Assembly (NCBI RefSeq): GCF_963921235.1
Contig: NC_086108.1
Span: 58,034,001-58,098,000 of the forward strand
Reading direction: 5' to 3'
DNA from: Mobula hypostoma
Lineage: Eukaryota
Length of the DNA stretch: 64,000 nt
Shown: positions 1 to 12,500 of the stretch, piece after piece
Layout: every line of letters starts with the position of its first letter
How positions within the stretch are numbered: the stretch's first letter is position 1
Made by a program: the position numbers and the translations under genes
Notes under the pieces: generated by a model
What the model saw: only the letters and a program-made list of their open reading frames with translations
The model's database searches: none
Told to the model about the DNA's origin: nothing

Positions 1-334
1 TATATACCACCAGACTAGTGAGGATTTAGACACCTGTAAATCTGCTAATACCCACCCCTAATACCTCCTTTGGCAGTTTGTTCCAGGTGCTCACCACTGT
101 GTGGAAAAACCTGTCCCTCAGGACCCTTTTATATCAAATCATCTGAAGTTATACCTGTCCCTTCCAGTTTTACATTCCCTGATGTGGGAACAAGGACTGT
201 GATGATCTACCCTACTGATGCCCCTTGTGATTTTATGAACTTCCATAAGGTCAGCCCTTAGGCTCCGTCGCCACAGGGAAACAGTCCTAGTCAATCCAGT
301 CTCTTCTTTTAACTTAAGCTCTCTAGTCCCAGCA
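1..334 (-). mobile_element. Decayed CR1-type LINE 3' fragment
   Basis: Resembles the reverse-strand 3' ends of the other CR1 copies in the window (e.g. 'caccactgtgtggaaaaacctg' versus 54177-54200). No intact ORF. Confidence 0.55.
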
Positions 335-372
<38 letters not shown>

Positions 373-394
373 ATGCACACACACACACACACAC
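335..394. repeat. (CA)n microsatellite, interrupted, at the 3' end of the Penelope-like element
   Basis: Direct reading: acacacacac... with cgca/catg interruptions. Confidence 0.95.
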
Positions 395-444
395 AACGCT
401 GGAGGAACCCAACAGGCCAGGCAGCATCTATGGAAAAGAGTAAA

Positions 445-482
445 CAGTCGATGTTTCAGGCTGAGACCCTTCATCAGGACTG
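445..482 (-). ncRNA. Minimal type I hammerhead ribozyme motif (Penelope type)
   Basis: Minus strand cagtc-CTGATGA-agg gtctcag cct-GAAAC-ATC-gactg. Both core boxes are present, with stem I cagtc/gactg and stem II agg/cct. The stem III palindrome is ACAT rather than ACGT. Confidence 0.75.
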
Positions 483-516
483 AAGAAAAAAGTTGAGAAG
501 ACAGAGGAAGAAGGTA

Positions 517-3500
517 GGGGGGGTGGGGAGGAAGAAGTACAAGGAGGTAGACAATGAGTGAAACCGGGGGGGGGGGGGGGAGGAGGAAGAAGTACAAGGT
601 GGTAGGCAATGAGTGAAACTGAGGGTGGGGGGGTGGGGGAGAAAGAAGTACAAGGTGGTAGGCAATGAGTGAAACCGGGGGGGGTGGGGTGGGTGGGGAG
701 GAAGAAGTACAAGGTGGTAGGCAATGAGTGAAACCGGGGGGGTGGGGTGGGGTGTGCAGGAAGAAGAACAAGGTGGTAGGCAATGAGTGAAACCGGGGGG
801 GTGGGGTGGGGTGGGGAGGAAGAAGTACAAGGTGGTAGGCAATGAGTGAAACCGGGAGGGTGGGGTGGGGTGTGGAGGAAGAAGTACAAGGTGGTAGGCA
901 ATGAGTGAAACCGGGGGGGGGGTGGGGAGGAAGAAGTACAAGGTGGTAGGCAATGAGTGAAACCGGGGGGGTGGGGTGGGGTGGGGAGGAAGAAGTACAA
1001 GGTGGTAGGCAATGAGTGAAACCGGGGGGGTGGGGTGGGGTGGGGAGGAAGAAGTACAAGGTGGTAGACAATGAGTGAAACCGGGGGGAGGTGAGGAGGA
1101 AGAAGTACAAGGTGGTAGGCAATGAGTGAAACCGGGGGGGGGGTGGGGGGGTGAGTAGGAAGAAGTACAAGGTGGTAGGCAATGAGTGAAACCGGGGGGG
1201 GTGGGGGAGGAAGAAGTACAAGGTGGTAGGCAATGAGTGAAACTGGGGGGGGTGGGGTGGGGTGGGGAGGAAGAAGTACAAGGTGGTAGGCAATGAGTGA
1301 AACCGGGGGGGTGGGGTGGGGGAGGAAGAAGTACAAGGTGGTAGGCAATGAGTGAAACCGGGGGGGGGGGGGTGGGGGAAGAAGTACAAGGTGGTAGGCA
1401 ATGAGTGAAACCGGGGGGGGGGTGGGGGAGGAAGAAGTACAAGGTGGTAGGCAATGAGTGAAACCGGGGGGGGTGGGGTGGGGTGGGGGAGGAAGAAGTA
1501 CAAGGTGGTAGGCAATGAGTGAAACCGGGGGGGGGTGGGGGGGGTGGGGGAGGAAGAAGTACAAGGTGGTAGGCAATGAGTGAAACCGGGGGGGGGGTGG
1601 GGGAAGAAGTACAAGGTGGTAGGCAATGAGTGAAACCGGGGGGGTGGGGTGGGGGAGGAAGAAGTACAAGGTGGTAGGCAATGAGTGAAACCGGGGGGGG
1701 GGTGGGGTGGGGTGGGGGAGGAAGAAGTACAAGGTGGTAGGCAATGAGTGAAACCGGGGGGGGGGGTGGGGGAGGAAGAAGTACAAGGTGGTAGGCAATG
1801 AGTGAAACCGGGGGGGGGGGTGGGGGAGGAAGAAGTAAAAGGTGGTAGGCAATGAGTGAAACCGGGGAGGGGGGTGGGGGAGGAAGAAGTACAAGGTGGT
1901 AGACAATGAGTGAAACCGGGGGGTGGGGAGGAAGAAGTACAAGGTGGGGGGTGAAACCGGGGTGAGGGAGGAAGAAGTACAAGGTGGTAGGCAATGAGTG
2001 AAACCGGGGGGGGGGGTGGGGTGGGGGAGGAAGAAGTACAAGGTGGTAGACAATGAGTGAAACCGGGGGGGGGTGGTGGGGAGGAAGAAGTACAAGGTGG
2101 TAGGCAATGAGTGAAACGGGGGGGGGGGTGGGGGAGGAAGAAGTACAAGGTGGTAGACAATGAGTGAAACCGGGGGGGTGGGGTGGGGTGGGGGAGGAAG
2201 AAGTACAAGGTGGTAGGCAATGAGTGAAACCGGGGGGGTGGGGTGGGGTGTGGAGGAAGAAGTACAAGGTGGTAGGCAATGAGTGAAACCGGGGGGGGGG
2301 GTGGGGAGGAAGAAGTACAAGGTGGTAGGCAATGAGTGAAACCGGGGGGGGGGGTGGGGAGGAAGAAGTACAAGGTGGTAGGCAATGAGTGAAACCGGGG
2401 GGGGGGGGTGGGGAGGAAGAAGTACAAGGTGGTAGGCAATGAGTGAAACCGGGGGGGGGGGTGGGGAGGAAGAAGTACAAGGTGGTAGGCAATGAGTGAA
2501 ACTGGGGGGGGTGGGGTGGGGTGGGGAGGAAGAAGTACAAGGTGGTAGGCAATGAGTGAAACCGGGGGGGTGGGGTGGGGTGGGGAGGAAGAAGTACAAG
2601 GTGGTAGGCAATGAGTGAAACCGGGGGGGGGGGGGGTGGGGAGGAAGAAGTACAAGGTGGTAGACAATGAGTGAAACCGGGGGGGGGGAGGAAGAAGTAC
2701 AAGGTGGGGGGGAGGTGAGGAGGAAGAAGTACAAGGTGGTAGGCAATGAGTGAAACCGGGGGGGGGGTGGGGGGGTGAGTAGGAAGAAGTACAAGGTGGT
2801 AGGCAATGAGTGAAACCGGGGGGGGTGGGGGAGGAAGAAGTACAAGGTGGTAGGCAATGAGTGAAACTGGGGGGGGTGGGGTGGGGTGGGGAGGAAGAAG
2901 TACAAGGTGGTAGGCAATGAGTGAAACCGGGGGGGTGGGGTGGGGTGGGGAGGAAGAAGTACAAGGTGGTAGGCAATGAGTGAAACCGGGGGGGGGGTGG
3001 GGGGGGTGGGGGAGGAAGAAGTACAAGGTGGTAGGCAATGAGTGAAACCGGGGGGGGGTGGGGGAAGAAGTACAAGGTGGTAGGCAATGAGTGAAACCGG
3101 GGGGGTGGGGTGGGGGAGGAAGAAGTACAAGGTGGTAGGCAATGAGTGAAACCGGGGGGGGGGGGAGGAAGAAGTACAAGGTGGTAGGCAATGAGTGAAA
3201 CCGGGGGGGGGGTGGGGTGGGGTGGGGGAGGAAGAAGTACAAGGTGGTAGGCAATGAGTGAAACCGGGGGGGGGTGGGGGTGGTGGGGGAGGAAGAAGTA
3301 CAAGGTGGTAGGCAATGAGTGAAACCGGGGAGGGGGGGTGGGGGAGGAAGAAGTACAACGTGGTAGGCAATGAGTGAAACCGGGGGGTGGGGTGGGGGAG
3401 GAAGAAGTACAAGGTGGTAGGCAATGAGTGAAACCGGGGGGGGGGTGGGGGGGGTGGGGGAGGAAGAAGTACAAGGTGGTAGGCAATGAGTGAAACCGGG

Positions 3501-6500
3501 GGGGGGGTGGGGGAGGAAGAAGTACAAGGTGGTAGGCAATGAGTGAAACCGGGGGGGGGGGGTGGGGGAGGAAGAAGTACAAGGTGGTAGGCAATGAGTG
3601 AAACCGGGGGGGCGGGTGGGGTGGGGGAGGAAGAAGTACAAGGTGGTAGGCAATGAGTGAAACCGGGGTGGGGTGGGGGAGGAAGAAGTACAAGGTGGTA
3701 GGCAATGAGTGAAACCGGGGGGGGGGTGGGGTGGGGTGGGGGAGGAAGAAGTACAAGGTGGTAGGCAATGAGTGAAACCGGGGGGGGGGGTGGGGGTGGT
3801 GGGGGAGGAAGAAGTACAAGGTGGTAGGCAATGAGTGAAACCGGGGAGGGGGGGTGGGGGAGGAAGAAGTACAAGGTGGTAGGCAATGAGTGAAACCGGG
3901 GGGTGGGGTGGGGGAGGAAGAAGTAAAAGGTGGTAGGCAATGAGTGAAACCGGGGAGGGGGGTGGGGGAGGAAGAAGTACAAGGTGGTAGACAATGAGTG
4001 AAACCGGGGGTGGGGGGTGGGGGAGGAAGAAGTACAAGGTGGTAGGCAATGAGTGAAACCGGGGGGGGGTGAGGGAGGAAGAAGTACAAGGTGGTAGGCA
4101 ATGAGTGAAACCGGGGGGGGGGGTGGGGTGGGGGAGGAAGAAGTACAAGGTGGTAGGCAATGAGTGAAACCGGGGTGGGGTGGGGGAGGAAGAAGTACAA
4201 GGTGGTAGGCAATGAGTGAAACTGGGGGGCGGGTGGTGGGGAGGAAGAAGTACAAGGTGGTAGGCAATGAGTGAAACTGGGGGTGGGGGGGGGGGGAGGA
4301 AGAAGTACAAGGTGGTAGGCAATGAGTGAAACCGGGGGGGTGGGGTGGGGTGGGGGAGGAAGAAGTACAAGGTGGTAGACAATGAGTGAAACCGGGGGGG
4401 TGGGGTGGGGTGGGGAGGAAGAAGTACAAGGTGGTAGGCAATGAGTGAAACCGGGGGGGGGTGGGGAGGAAGAAGTACAAGGTGGTAGACAATGAGTGAA
4501 ACCGGGGGGAGGTGAGGAGGAAGAAGTACAAGGTGGTAGGCAATGAGTGAAACCGGGGGGGGGGGGTGGGGGGGTGAGTAGGAAGAAGTACAAGGTGGTA
4601 GGCAATGAGTGAAACCGGGGGGGGTGGGGGAGGAAGAAGTACAAGGTGGTAGGCAATGAGTGAAACTGGGGGGGGTGGGGTGGGGTGGGGAGGAAGAAGT
4701 ACAAGGTGGTAGGCAATGAGTGAAACCGGGGGGGTGGGGTGGGGTGGGGAGGAAGAAGTACAAGGTGGTAGGCAATGAGTGAAACCGGGGGGGTGGGGTG
4801 GGGTGTGGAGGAAGAAGTACAAGGTGGTAGGCAATGAGTGAAACCGGGGGGGGGGGGGGGGGGGAGGAAGAAGTACAAGGTGGTAGGCAATGAGTGAAAC
4901 CGGGGGGGGGGTGGGGTGGGGTGGGGGAGGAAGAAGTACAAGGTGGTAGGCAATGAGTGAAACCGGGGGGGGGGTGGGGGAGGAAGAAGTACAAGGTGGT
5001 AGGCAATGAGTGAAACTGGGGGGGGTGGAGTGGGGTGGGGAGGAAGAAGTACAAGGTGGTAGGCAATGAGTGAAACCGGGGGGGTGGTGGGGTGGGGGAG
5101 GAAGAAGTACAAGGTGGTAGGCAATGAGTGAAACCGGGGGGGTGGGGTGGGGTGGGGAGGAAGAAGTACAAGGTGGTAGACAATGAGTGAAACCGGGGGG
5201 GGGGTGGGGGGGTGAGTAGGAAGAAGTATAAGGTGGTAGGCAATGAGTGAAACCGGGGGGGGTGGGGGAGGAAGAAGTACAAGGTGGTAGGCAATGAGTG
5301 AAACTGGGGGGGGTGGGGTGGGGTGGGGAGGATGAAGTACAAGGTGGTAGGCAATGAGTGAAACCGGGGGGGTGGGGTGGGGGAGGAAGAAGTACAAGGT
5401 GGTAGGCAATGAGTGAAACCGGGGGGGGGGGTGGGGGAAGAAGTACAAGGTGGTAGGCAATGAGTGAAACCGGGGGGGGGGGGTGGGGGAGGAAGAAGTA
5501 CAAGGTGGTAGGCAATGAGTGAAACTGGGGGGGGGGGTGTGGTGGGGTGGGGGAGGAAGAAGTACAAGGTGGTAGGCAATGAGTGAAACCGGGGGGGGGT
5601 GGGGTGGGGTGGGGGAGGAAGAAGTACAAGGTGGTAGGCAATGAGTGAAACCGGGGGGGGGGTGGGGGGGTGGGGGAGGAAGAAGTACAAGGTGGTAGGC
5701 AATGAGTGAAACCGGGGGGGGGTGGGGGAAGAAGTACAAGGTGGTAGGCAATGAGTGAAACCGGGGGGGTGGGGTGGGGGAGGAAGAAGTACAAGGTGGT
5801 AGGCAATGAGTGAAACCGGGGGGGGGTGGGGGCAGAAGTACAAGGTGGTAGGCAATGAGTGAAACCGGGGGGGGGTGGGGTGGGGTGGGGGAGGAAGAAG
5901 TACAAGGTGGTAGGCAATGAGTGAAACCGGGGGGGGGTGGGGGGGTGGGGGAGGAAGAAGTACAAGGTGGTAGGCAATGAGTGAAACCGGGGGGGGGGTG
6001 GGGGAAGAAGTACAAGGTGGTAGGCAATGAGTGAAACCGGGGGGGGGGGGAGGAAGAAGTACAAGGTGGTAGGCAATGAGTGAAACCGGGGGGGGGGGGT
6101 GGGGTGGGGTGGGGGAGGAAGAAGTACAAGGTGGTAGGCAATGAGTGAAACCGGGGGGGGGTGGTGGGGGGTGGAGGAAGAAGTACAAGGTGGAAGGCAA
6201 TGAGTGAAACCGGGGAGGGGGGTGGGGGAGGAAGAAGTACAAGGTGGTAGGCAATGAGTGAAACCGGGGGGGGGGTGGGGGAGGAAGAAGTACAAGGTGG
6301 TAGGCAATGAGTGAAACCGGGGGGGGGTGAGGGAGGAAGAAGTACAAGGTGGTAGGCAATGAGTGAAACCGGGGGGGGGGGTGGGGTGGGGGAGGAAGAA
6401 GTACAAGGTGGTAGGCAATGAGTGAAACCGGGGTGGGGTGGGGGAGGAAGAAGTACAAGGTGGTAGGCAATGAGTGAAACCGGGGGGCGGGTGGTGGGGA

Positions 6501-9500
6501 GGAAGAAGTACAAGGTGGTAGGCAATGAGTGAAACTGGGGGTGGGGGGTGGGGGAGGAAGAAGTACAAGGTGGTAGGCAATGAGTGAAACCGGGGGGGGT
6601 GGGGTGGGGGAGGAAGAAGTACAAGGTGGTAGACAATGAGTGAAACCGGGGGGGGGTGGGGGTGGGGGAGGAAGAAGCAGAAGGTGGTAGGCAATGAGTG
6701 AAACCGGGGGTGGGGTGGGGGGGAGCGGAAGAAGTACAAGGTGGTAGGCAATGAGTGAAACCGGGGGCGGGGTGGGGGGGGTGGAAGAAGTACAAGGTGG
6801 TAGGCAATGAGTGATACCGGCGGGGGGGTGGGGGGGGTTGAAGAAGTACAAGGTGGTAGGCAATGAGTGAAACCGGGGGGTGGGGTGGGGGAGGAAGAAG
6901 TACAAGGTGGTAGGCAATGAGTGAAACCTGGGGGTGGGGGTGGGGGGTGAGGAAGAAGTACAAGGTGGTAGGCAATGAGTGAAACCTGGGGGGTGGTGGG
7001 GGGTGGAGGAAGAAGTACAAGGTGGTAGGCAATGAGTGAAACCGGGGGCGGGGTGGGGGGGGGAGGAAGAAGTACAAGGTGGTAGACAATGAGTGAAACC
7101 GAGGGCGGGGTGGGGGGGGAGGAAGAAGTACAAGGTGGTAGGCAATGAGTGAAACCGGGGGGGTGGGGTGGGGGAGGAAGAAGTACAAGGTGGTAGGCAA
7201 TGAGTGAAACCGGGGGTGGGGGGTGTGGGGGAGGAAGTACAAGGTCGTAGGCAATGAGTGAAACCGGGGGGGGGGTGGGGGAGGAAGAAGTAAAAGGTGG
7301 TAGGCAATGAGTGAAACCGGGGGGGGTGGGGGAGGAAGAAGTACAAGGTGGTAGGCAATGAGTGAAACCGGGGGGGGTGGGGGGGGAGGACGAAGTACAA
7401 GGTGGTAGGCAATGAGTGAAACCGGGGGGGGGGTGGGGTGGGGTGGGGGAGGAAGAAGTACAAGGTGGTAGGCAATGAGTGAAACTGGAGGGGGGGCGGG
7501 TAGTGGGGGAGGAAGAAGTACAAGGTGGTAGGCAATGAGTGAAACCGGGGGGGGTGGGGGAGGTAGAAGTACAAGGTGGTAGGCAATGAGTGAAACCGGG
7601 GGCGGGGGGGTGGGGGAGGAAGAATTACAAGGTGGTAGGCAATGAGTGAAACCGGGGGGGTGGGGTGGGGAGGAAGAAGTACAAGGTGGTAGGCAATGAG
7701 TGAAACCGGGGGGGTGGGGTGGGGAGGAAGAAGTACAAGGTGGTAGACAATGAGTGAAACCGGGGGAGGGGTGGGGGAGGAAGAAGTACAAGGTGGTAGA
7801 CAATGAGTGAAACCGGGGGTGGGGTGGGGGAGGAAGAAGTACAAGGTGGTAGGCAATGAGTGAAACCGAGGGGGTGGGGGAGGAAGAAGTACAAGGTGGT
7901 AGGCAATGAGTGAAACCGGGGGGGGGTGTGGGGTGGGGGAGGAAGAAGTACAAGGTGGAAGGCAATGAGTGAAACCGAGGGGGTGGGGGAGGAAGAAGTA
8001 CAAGGTGGTAGGCAATGAGTGAAACCGGGGGGGGGGGGGGGGGGTGGTGGAGGAAGAAGTACAATGTGGTAGGCAATGAGTGAAACCCGGAGGGGGCGGG
8101 TGGTAGGGGAGAAAGAAGTACAAGGTGGTAGGCAATGAGTGAAACCGGGGGCGGGTGTGGGGTGGGGAGGAAGAAGTACAAGGTGGTAGGCAATGAGTGA
8201 AACCGGGGTGGGGGGTGGGGGAGGAAGAAGTACAAGGTGGTAGGCAATGAGTGAAACCGGAGGGGGGGGGGTTGGGGGAGGAAGAAGTACAAGGTGGTAG
8301 GCAATGAGTGAAACCGGGGGGGGGGGGTGGAAGAAGTACAAGGTGGTAGTGAATGAGTGAAACCGGGGGGGGTGGGGGAGGAAGAAGTACAAGGTGGTAG
8401 GCAATGAGTGAAACCGGGGGGGGTGGGGGACGAAGAAGTACAAGGTGGTAGGCAATGAGTGAAACCGGGGGAGGGGTGGGGGAGGAAGAGGTACAAGGTG
8501 GTAGGCAATGAGTGAAACCGGGGGTGGGGTGGGGGAGGAAGAAGTACAAGGTGGTAGGCAATGAGTGAAACCGGTGGGGGTGGTGGGGTGGGGGAGAAGA
8601 AGTACAAGGTGGTAGGCAATGAGTGAAACCGGAGGGGTGGGGTGGGGTGGGGGAGGAAGAAGTACAAGGTGGTAGGCAATGAGTGAAACTGGAGGGGGGG
8701 CGGGTGGTGGGGGAGGAAGAAGTACAAGGTGGTAGGCAATGAGTGAAACCGGGGGGGGGGGTGAGGGAGGAAGAAGTACAAGGTGGTAGGCAATGAGTGA
8801 AACCGGGGTGGGGGGTGGGGTAGGGGAGGAAGAAGTACAAGGTGGTAGGCAATGAGTGAAACGGGGGGGGTGGGGGAGGAAGAAGTACAAGGTGGTAGGC
8901 AATGAGTGAAACGGGGGGGGGGGTGGAAGAAGTACAAGGTGGTAGGCAATGAGTGAAACGGGGGGGGGGGGTGGAAGAAGTTCAAGGTGGTAGTGAATGA
9001 GTGAAACCGGTGGGGGTGGTGGGGTGGTGGAAGAAGAAGTACAAGGTGGTAGGCAATGAGTGAAACCGGGGGGGGGGTGGGGGAGGAAGAAGTACAAGGT
9101 GGTAGGCAATGAGTGAAACCGGGGGGGCGGGGGTGGAAGAAGTACAAGGTGGTAGGCAATGAGTGAAACCGGGAGAGGGGTGGGGGAGGAAGAAGTACAA
9201 GGTGGTAGGCAATGAGTGAAACCGGGGGGGGGGGTGGGAGGAGGAAGTACAAGGTGGTAGGCAATGAGTGAAACCGGTGGGGGTGGTGGGGTGGGGGAGG
9301 AAGAAGTACAAGGTGGTAGGCAATGAGTGAAACCGAGGCGGGGGAGGAAGAAGTAGAAGGTGGTAGGCAATGAGTGAAACCGGGGGGCGGGTGTGGGGTG
9401 AGGGAGGAAGAAGTACAAGGTGGTAGGCAATGAGTGAAACCGGGGGGGGGGGTGTGGAGGAAGAAGTACAAGGTGGTAGGCAATGAGTGAAACCGGTGGG

Positions 9501-12500
9501 GTGGTGGGGTGGGGGAGGAAGAAGTACAAGGTGGTAGGCAATGAGTGAAACCGGGGGGGGGGTGGAAGAAGTACAAGGTGGTAGTGAATGAGTGAAACCG
9601 GGGGGGTGGTGGGGGAGGAAGAAGTACAAGGTGGTAGGCAATGAGTGAAACCGGGGGGGGTGGGGGAGGAAGATGTACAAGGTGGTAGGCAATGAGTGAA
9701 ACCGGGGGAGGGGTGGGGGAGGAAGAGGTACAAGGTGGTAGGGAATGAGTGAAACCGGGGGTGGGGTGGGGGAGGAAGAAGTACAAGGTGGTAGGCAATG
9801 AGTGAAACCGGTGGGGGTGGTGGGGTGGGGGAGAAGAAGTACAAGGTGGTAGGCAATGAGTGAAACCGGAGGGGTGGGGTGGGGTGGGGGAGGAAGAAGT
9901 ACAAGGTGGTAGGCAATGAGTGAAACCGGGGGGGGGTGGTGAGGGAGGAAGAAGTACAAGGTGGTAGGCAATGAGTGAAACCAGGGTGGGGGGTGGGGTG
10001 GGGGAGGAAGAAGTACAAGGTGGTCGGCAATGAGTGAAACCGGGGGGGGGGGGTGGAAGAAGTACAAGGTGGTAGGCAATGAGTGAAACGGGGGGGGGGG
10101 TTGGAAGAAGTTCAAGGTGGTAGGCAATGAGTGAAACCGGGGGGGGGGTGGGGGAGGAAGAAGTACAAGGTGGTAGGCAATGAGTGAAACCGGGGGGGTG
10201 GGGTGGAAGAAGTACAAGGTGGTAGGCAATGAGTGAAACCGGGAGAGGGGTGGGGGAGGAAGAAGTACAAGGTGGTAGGCAATGAGTGAAACCGGGGGGG
10301 GGGGGGTGGGAGGAGGAAGTACAAGGTGGTAGGCAATGAGTGAAACCGGTGGGGGTGGTGGGGTGGGGGAGGAAGAAGTACAAGGTGGTAGGCAATGAGT
10401 GAAACCGGGGGGGGGGGGGGGAGGAAGAAGTACAAGGTGGTAGGCAATGAGTGAAACCGGGGGGGGGGGGTTTGGGGTGGGGGAGGAAGAAGTACAAGGT
10501 GGAAGGCAATGAGTGAAACCGAGGGGGTGGGGGAGGAAGAAGTACAAGGTGGTAGGCAATGAGTAAAACCGGGGGGGGTGGGGGGCGGTGGAGGAAGAAG
10601 TACCATGTGGTAGGCAATGAGTGAAACCCGGGGGGGGGGGGGCGGGTGGTAGGGGAGGAAGAAGTACAAGGTGGTAGGCAATGAGTGAAACCGGGGGCGG
10701 GTGTGGGGTGGGGAGGAAGAAGTACAAGGTGGTAGGCAATGAGTGAAACCGGGGGGGGGTGTGGAGGAAGAAGTACAAGGTGGTAGGCAATGAGTGAAAC
10801 CGGGGGGGGGGGTTGGGGGAGGAAGAAGTACAAGGTGGTAGGCAATGAGTGAAACCGGTGGGGGTGGTGGGGTGGGGGAGGAAGAAGTACAAGGTGGTAG
10901 GCAATGAGTGAAACCGGGGGGGGGGGGGGGTGGAAGAAGTACAAGGTGGTAGGCAATGAGTGAAACCGGGGGGGGGGGTGGGGGAGGAAGAAGTACAAGG
11001 TGGTAGGCAATGAGTGAAACCGGGGGGGGTGGGGGAGGAAGAAGTACAAGGTGGTAGGCAATGAGTGAAACCGGGGGAGGGGTGGGGGAGGAAGAGGTAC
11101 AAGGTGGTAGGCAATGAGTGAAACCGGGGGTGGGGTGGGGGAGGAAGAAGTACAAGGTGGTAGGCAATGAGTGAAACCGGTGGGGGTGGTGGGGTGGGGG
11201 AGAAAGAAGTACAAGGTGGTAGGCAATGAGTGAAACCGAGGCGGGGGAGGAAGAAGTAGAAGGTGGTAGGCAATGAGTGAAACTGGGGGGGGGGTGTGGG
11301 AGGTAGAAGTACAAGGTGGAAGGCAATGAGTGAAACCGAGGGGGTGGGGGAGGAAGAAGTACAAGGTGGTAGGCAATGAGTGAAACCGAGGGGGGTGGGG
11401 GGTTGGAGGAAGAAGTACAAGGTGGTAGGCAATGAGTGAAACCCGGGGGGGGCGGGTGGTGGGGGAGGAAGAAGTACAAGGTGGTAGGCAATGAGTGAAA
11501 CCGGGGGCGGGTGGGGTGGGTGAGGAAGAAGTACAAGGTGGTAGGCAATGAGTGAAACCGGGGGGGGGGGTGAGGAGGAAGAAGTACAAGGTGGTAGGCA
11601 ATGAGTGAAACCGGGGGGGGGGGGGGGTGGGGTGGGGGAGGAAGAAGTACAAGGTGGTAGGCAATGAGTGAAACTGGGGGTGGGGGGGTGGGGGAGGAAG
11701 AAGTACAAGGTGGTAGGCAATGAGTGAAACCGGGGGGGGGGGGTGGGGAGGAAGAAGTACAAGGTGGTAGGCAATGAGTGAAACCGGGGGCGGGTGTGGG
11801 GTGGGGAGGAAGAAGTACAAGGTGGTAGGCAATGAGTGAAACCGGGGGCGGGGTGGGGGGGGAGGAAGAAGTACAAGGTGGTAGGCAATGAGTGAAACCG
11901 GGGGGGGGTGGGGTGGGGTGGGGGAGGAAGAAGTACAAGGTGGTAGGCAATGAGTGAAACCGGGGGGGGGGGGTGGGGTGGTGGGGGAGGAAGAAGAACA
12001 AGGTGGTAGGCAATGAGTGAAACCGGGGGGGGGGGTGGGGGAGGTAGAAGTACAAGGTGGAAGGCAATGAGTGAAACCGGGGGGGGGGGGTGGGGGAGGA
12101 AGAAGTACAAGGTGGTAGGCAATGAGTGAAACCGGGGGGTGGGGTGGGGGAGGAAGAAGTAAAAGGTGGTAGGCAATGAGTGAAACCGGGGAGGGGGGTG
12201 GGGGAGGAAGAAGTACAAGGTGGTAGACAATGAGTGAAACCGGGGGTGGGGGGTGGGGGAGGAAGAAGTACAAGGTGGTAGGCAATGAGTGAAACCGGGG
12301 GGGGGTGAGGGAGGAAGAAGTACAAGGTGGTAGGCAATGAGTGAAACCGGGGGGGGGGGGGGGGGGGGAGGAAGAAGTACAAGGTGGTAGGCAATGAGTG
12401 AAACCGGGGGGGGTGGGGAGGAAGAAGTACAAGGTGGTAGGCAATGAGTGAAACCGGGGGGGGGGGTGGTGGGGGTGGAAGAAGTACAAGGTGGTAGGCA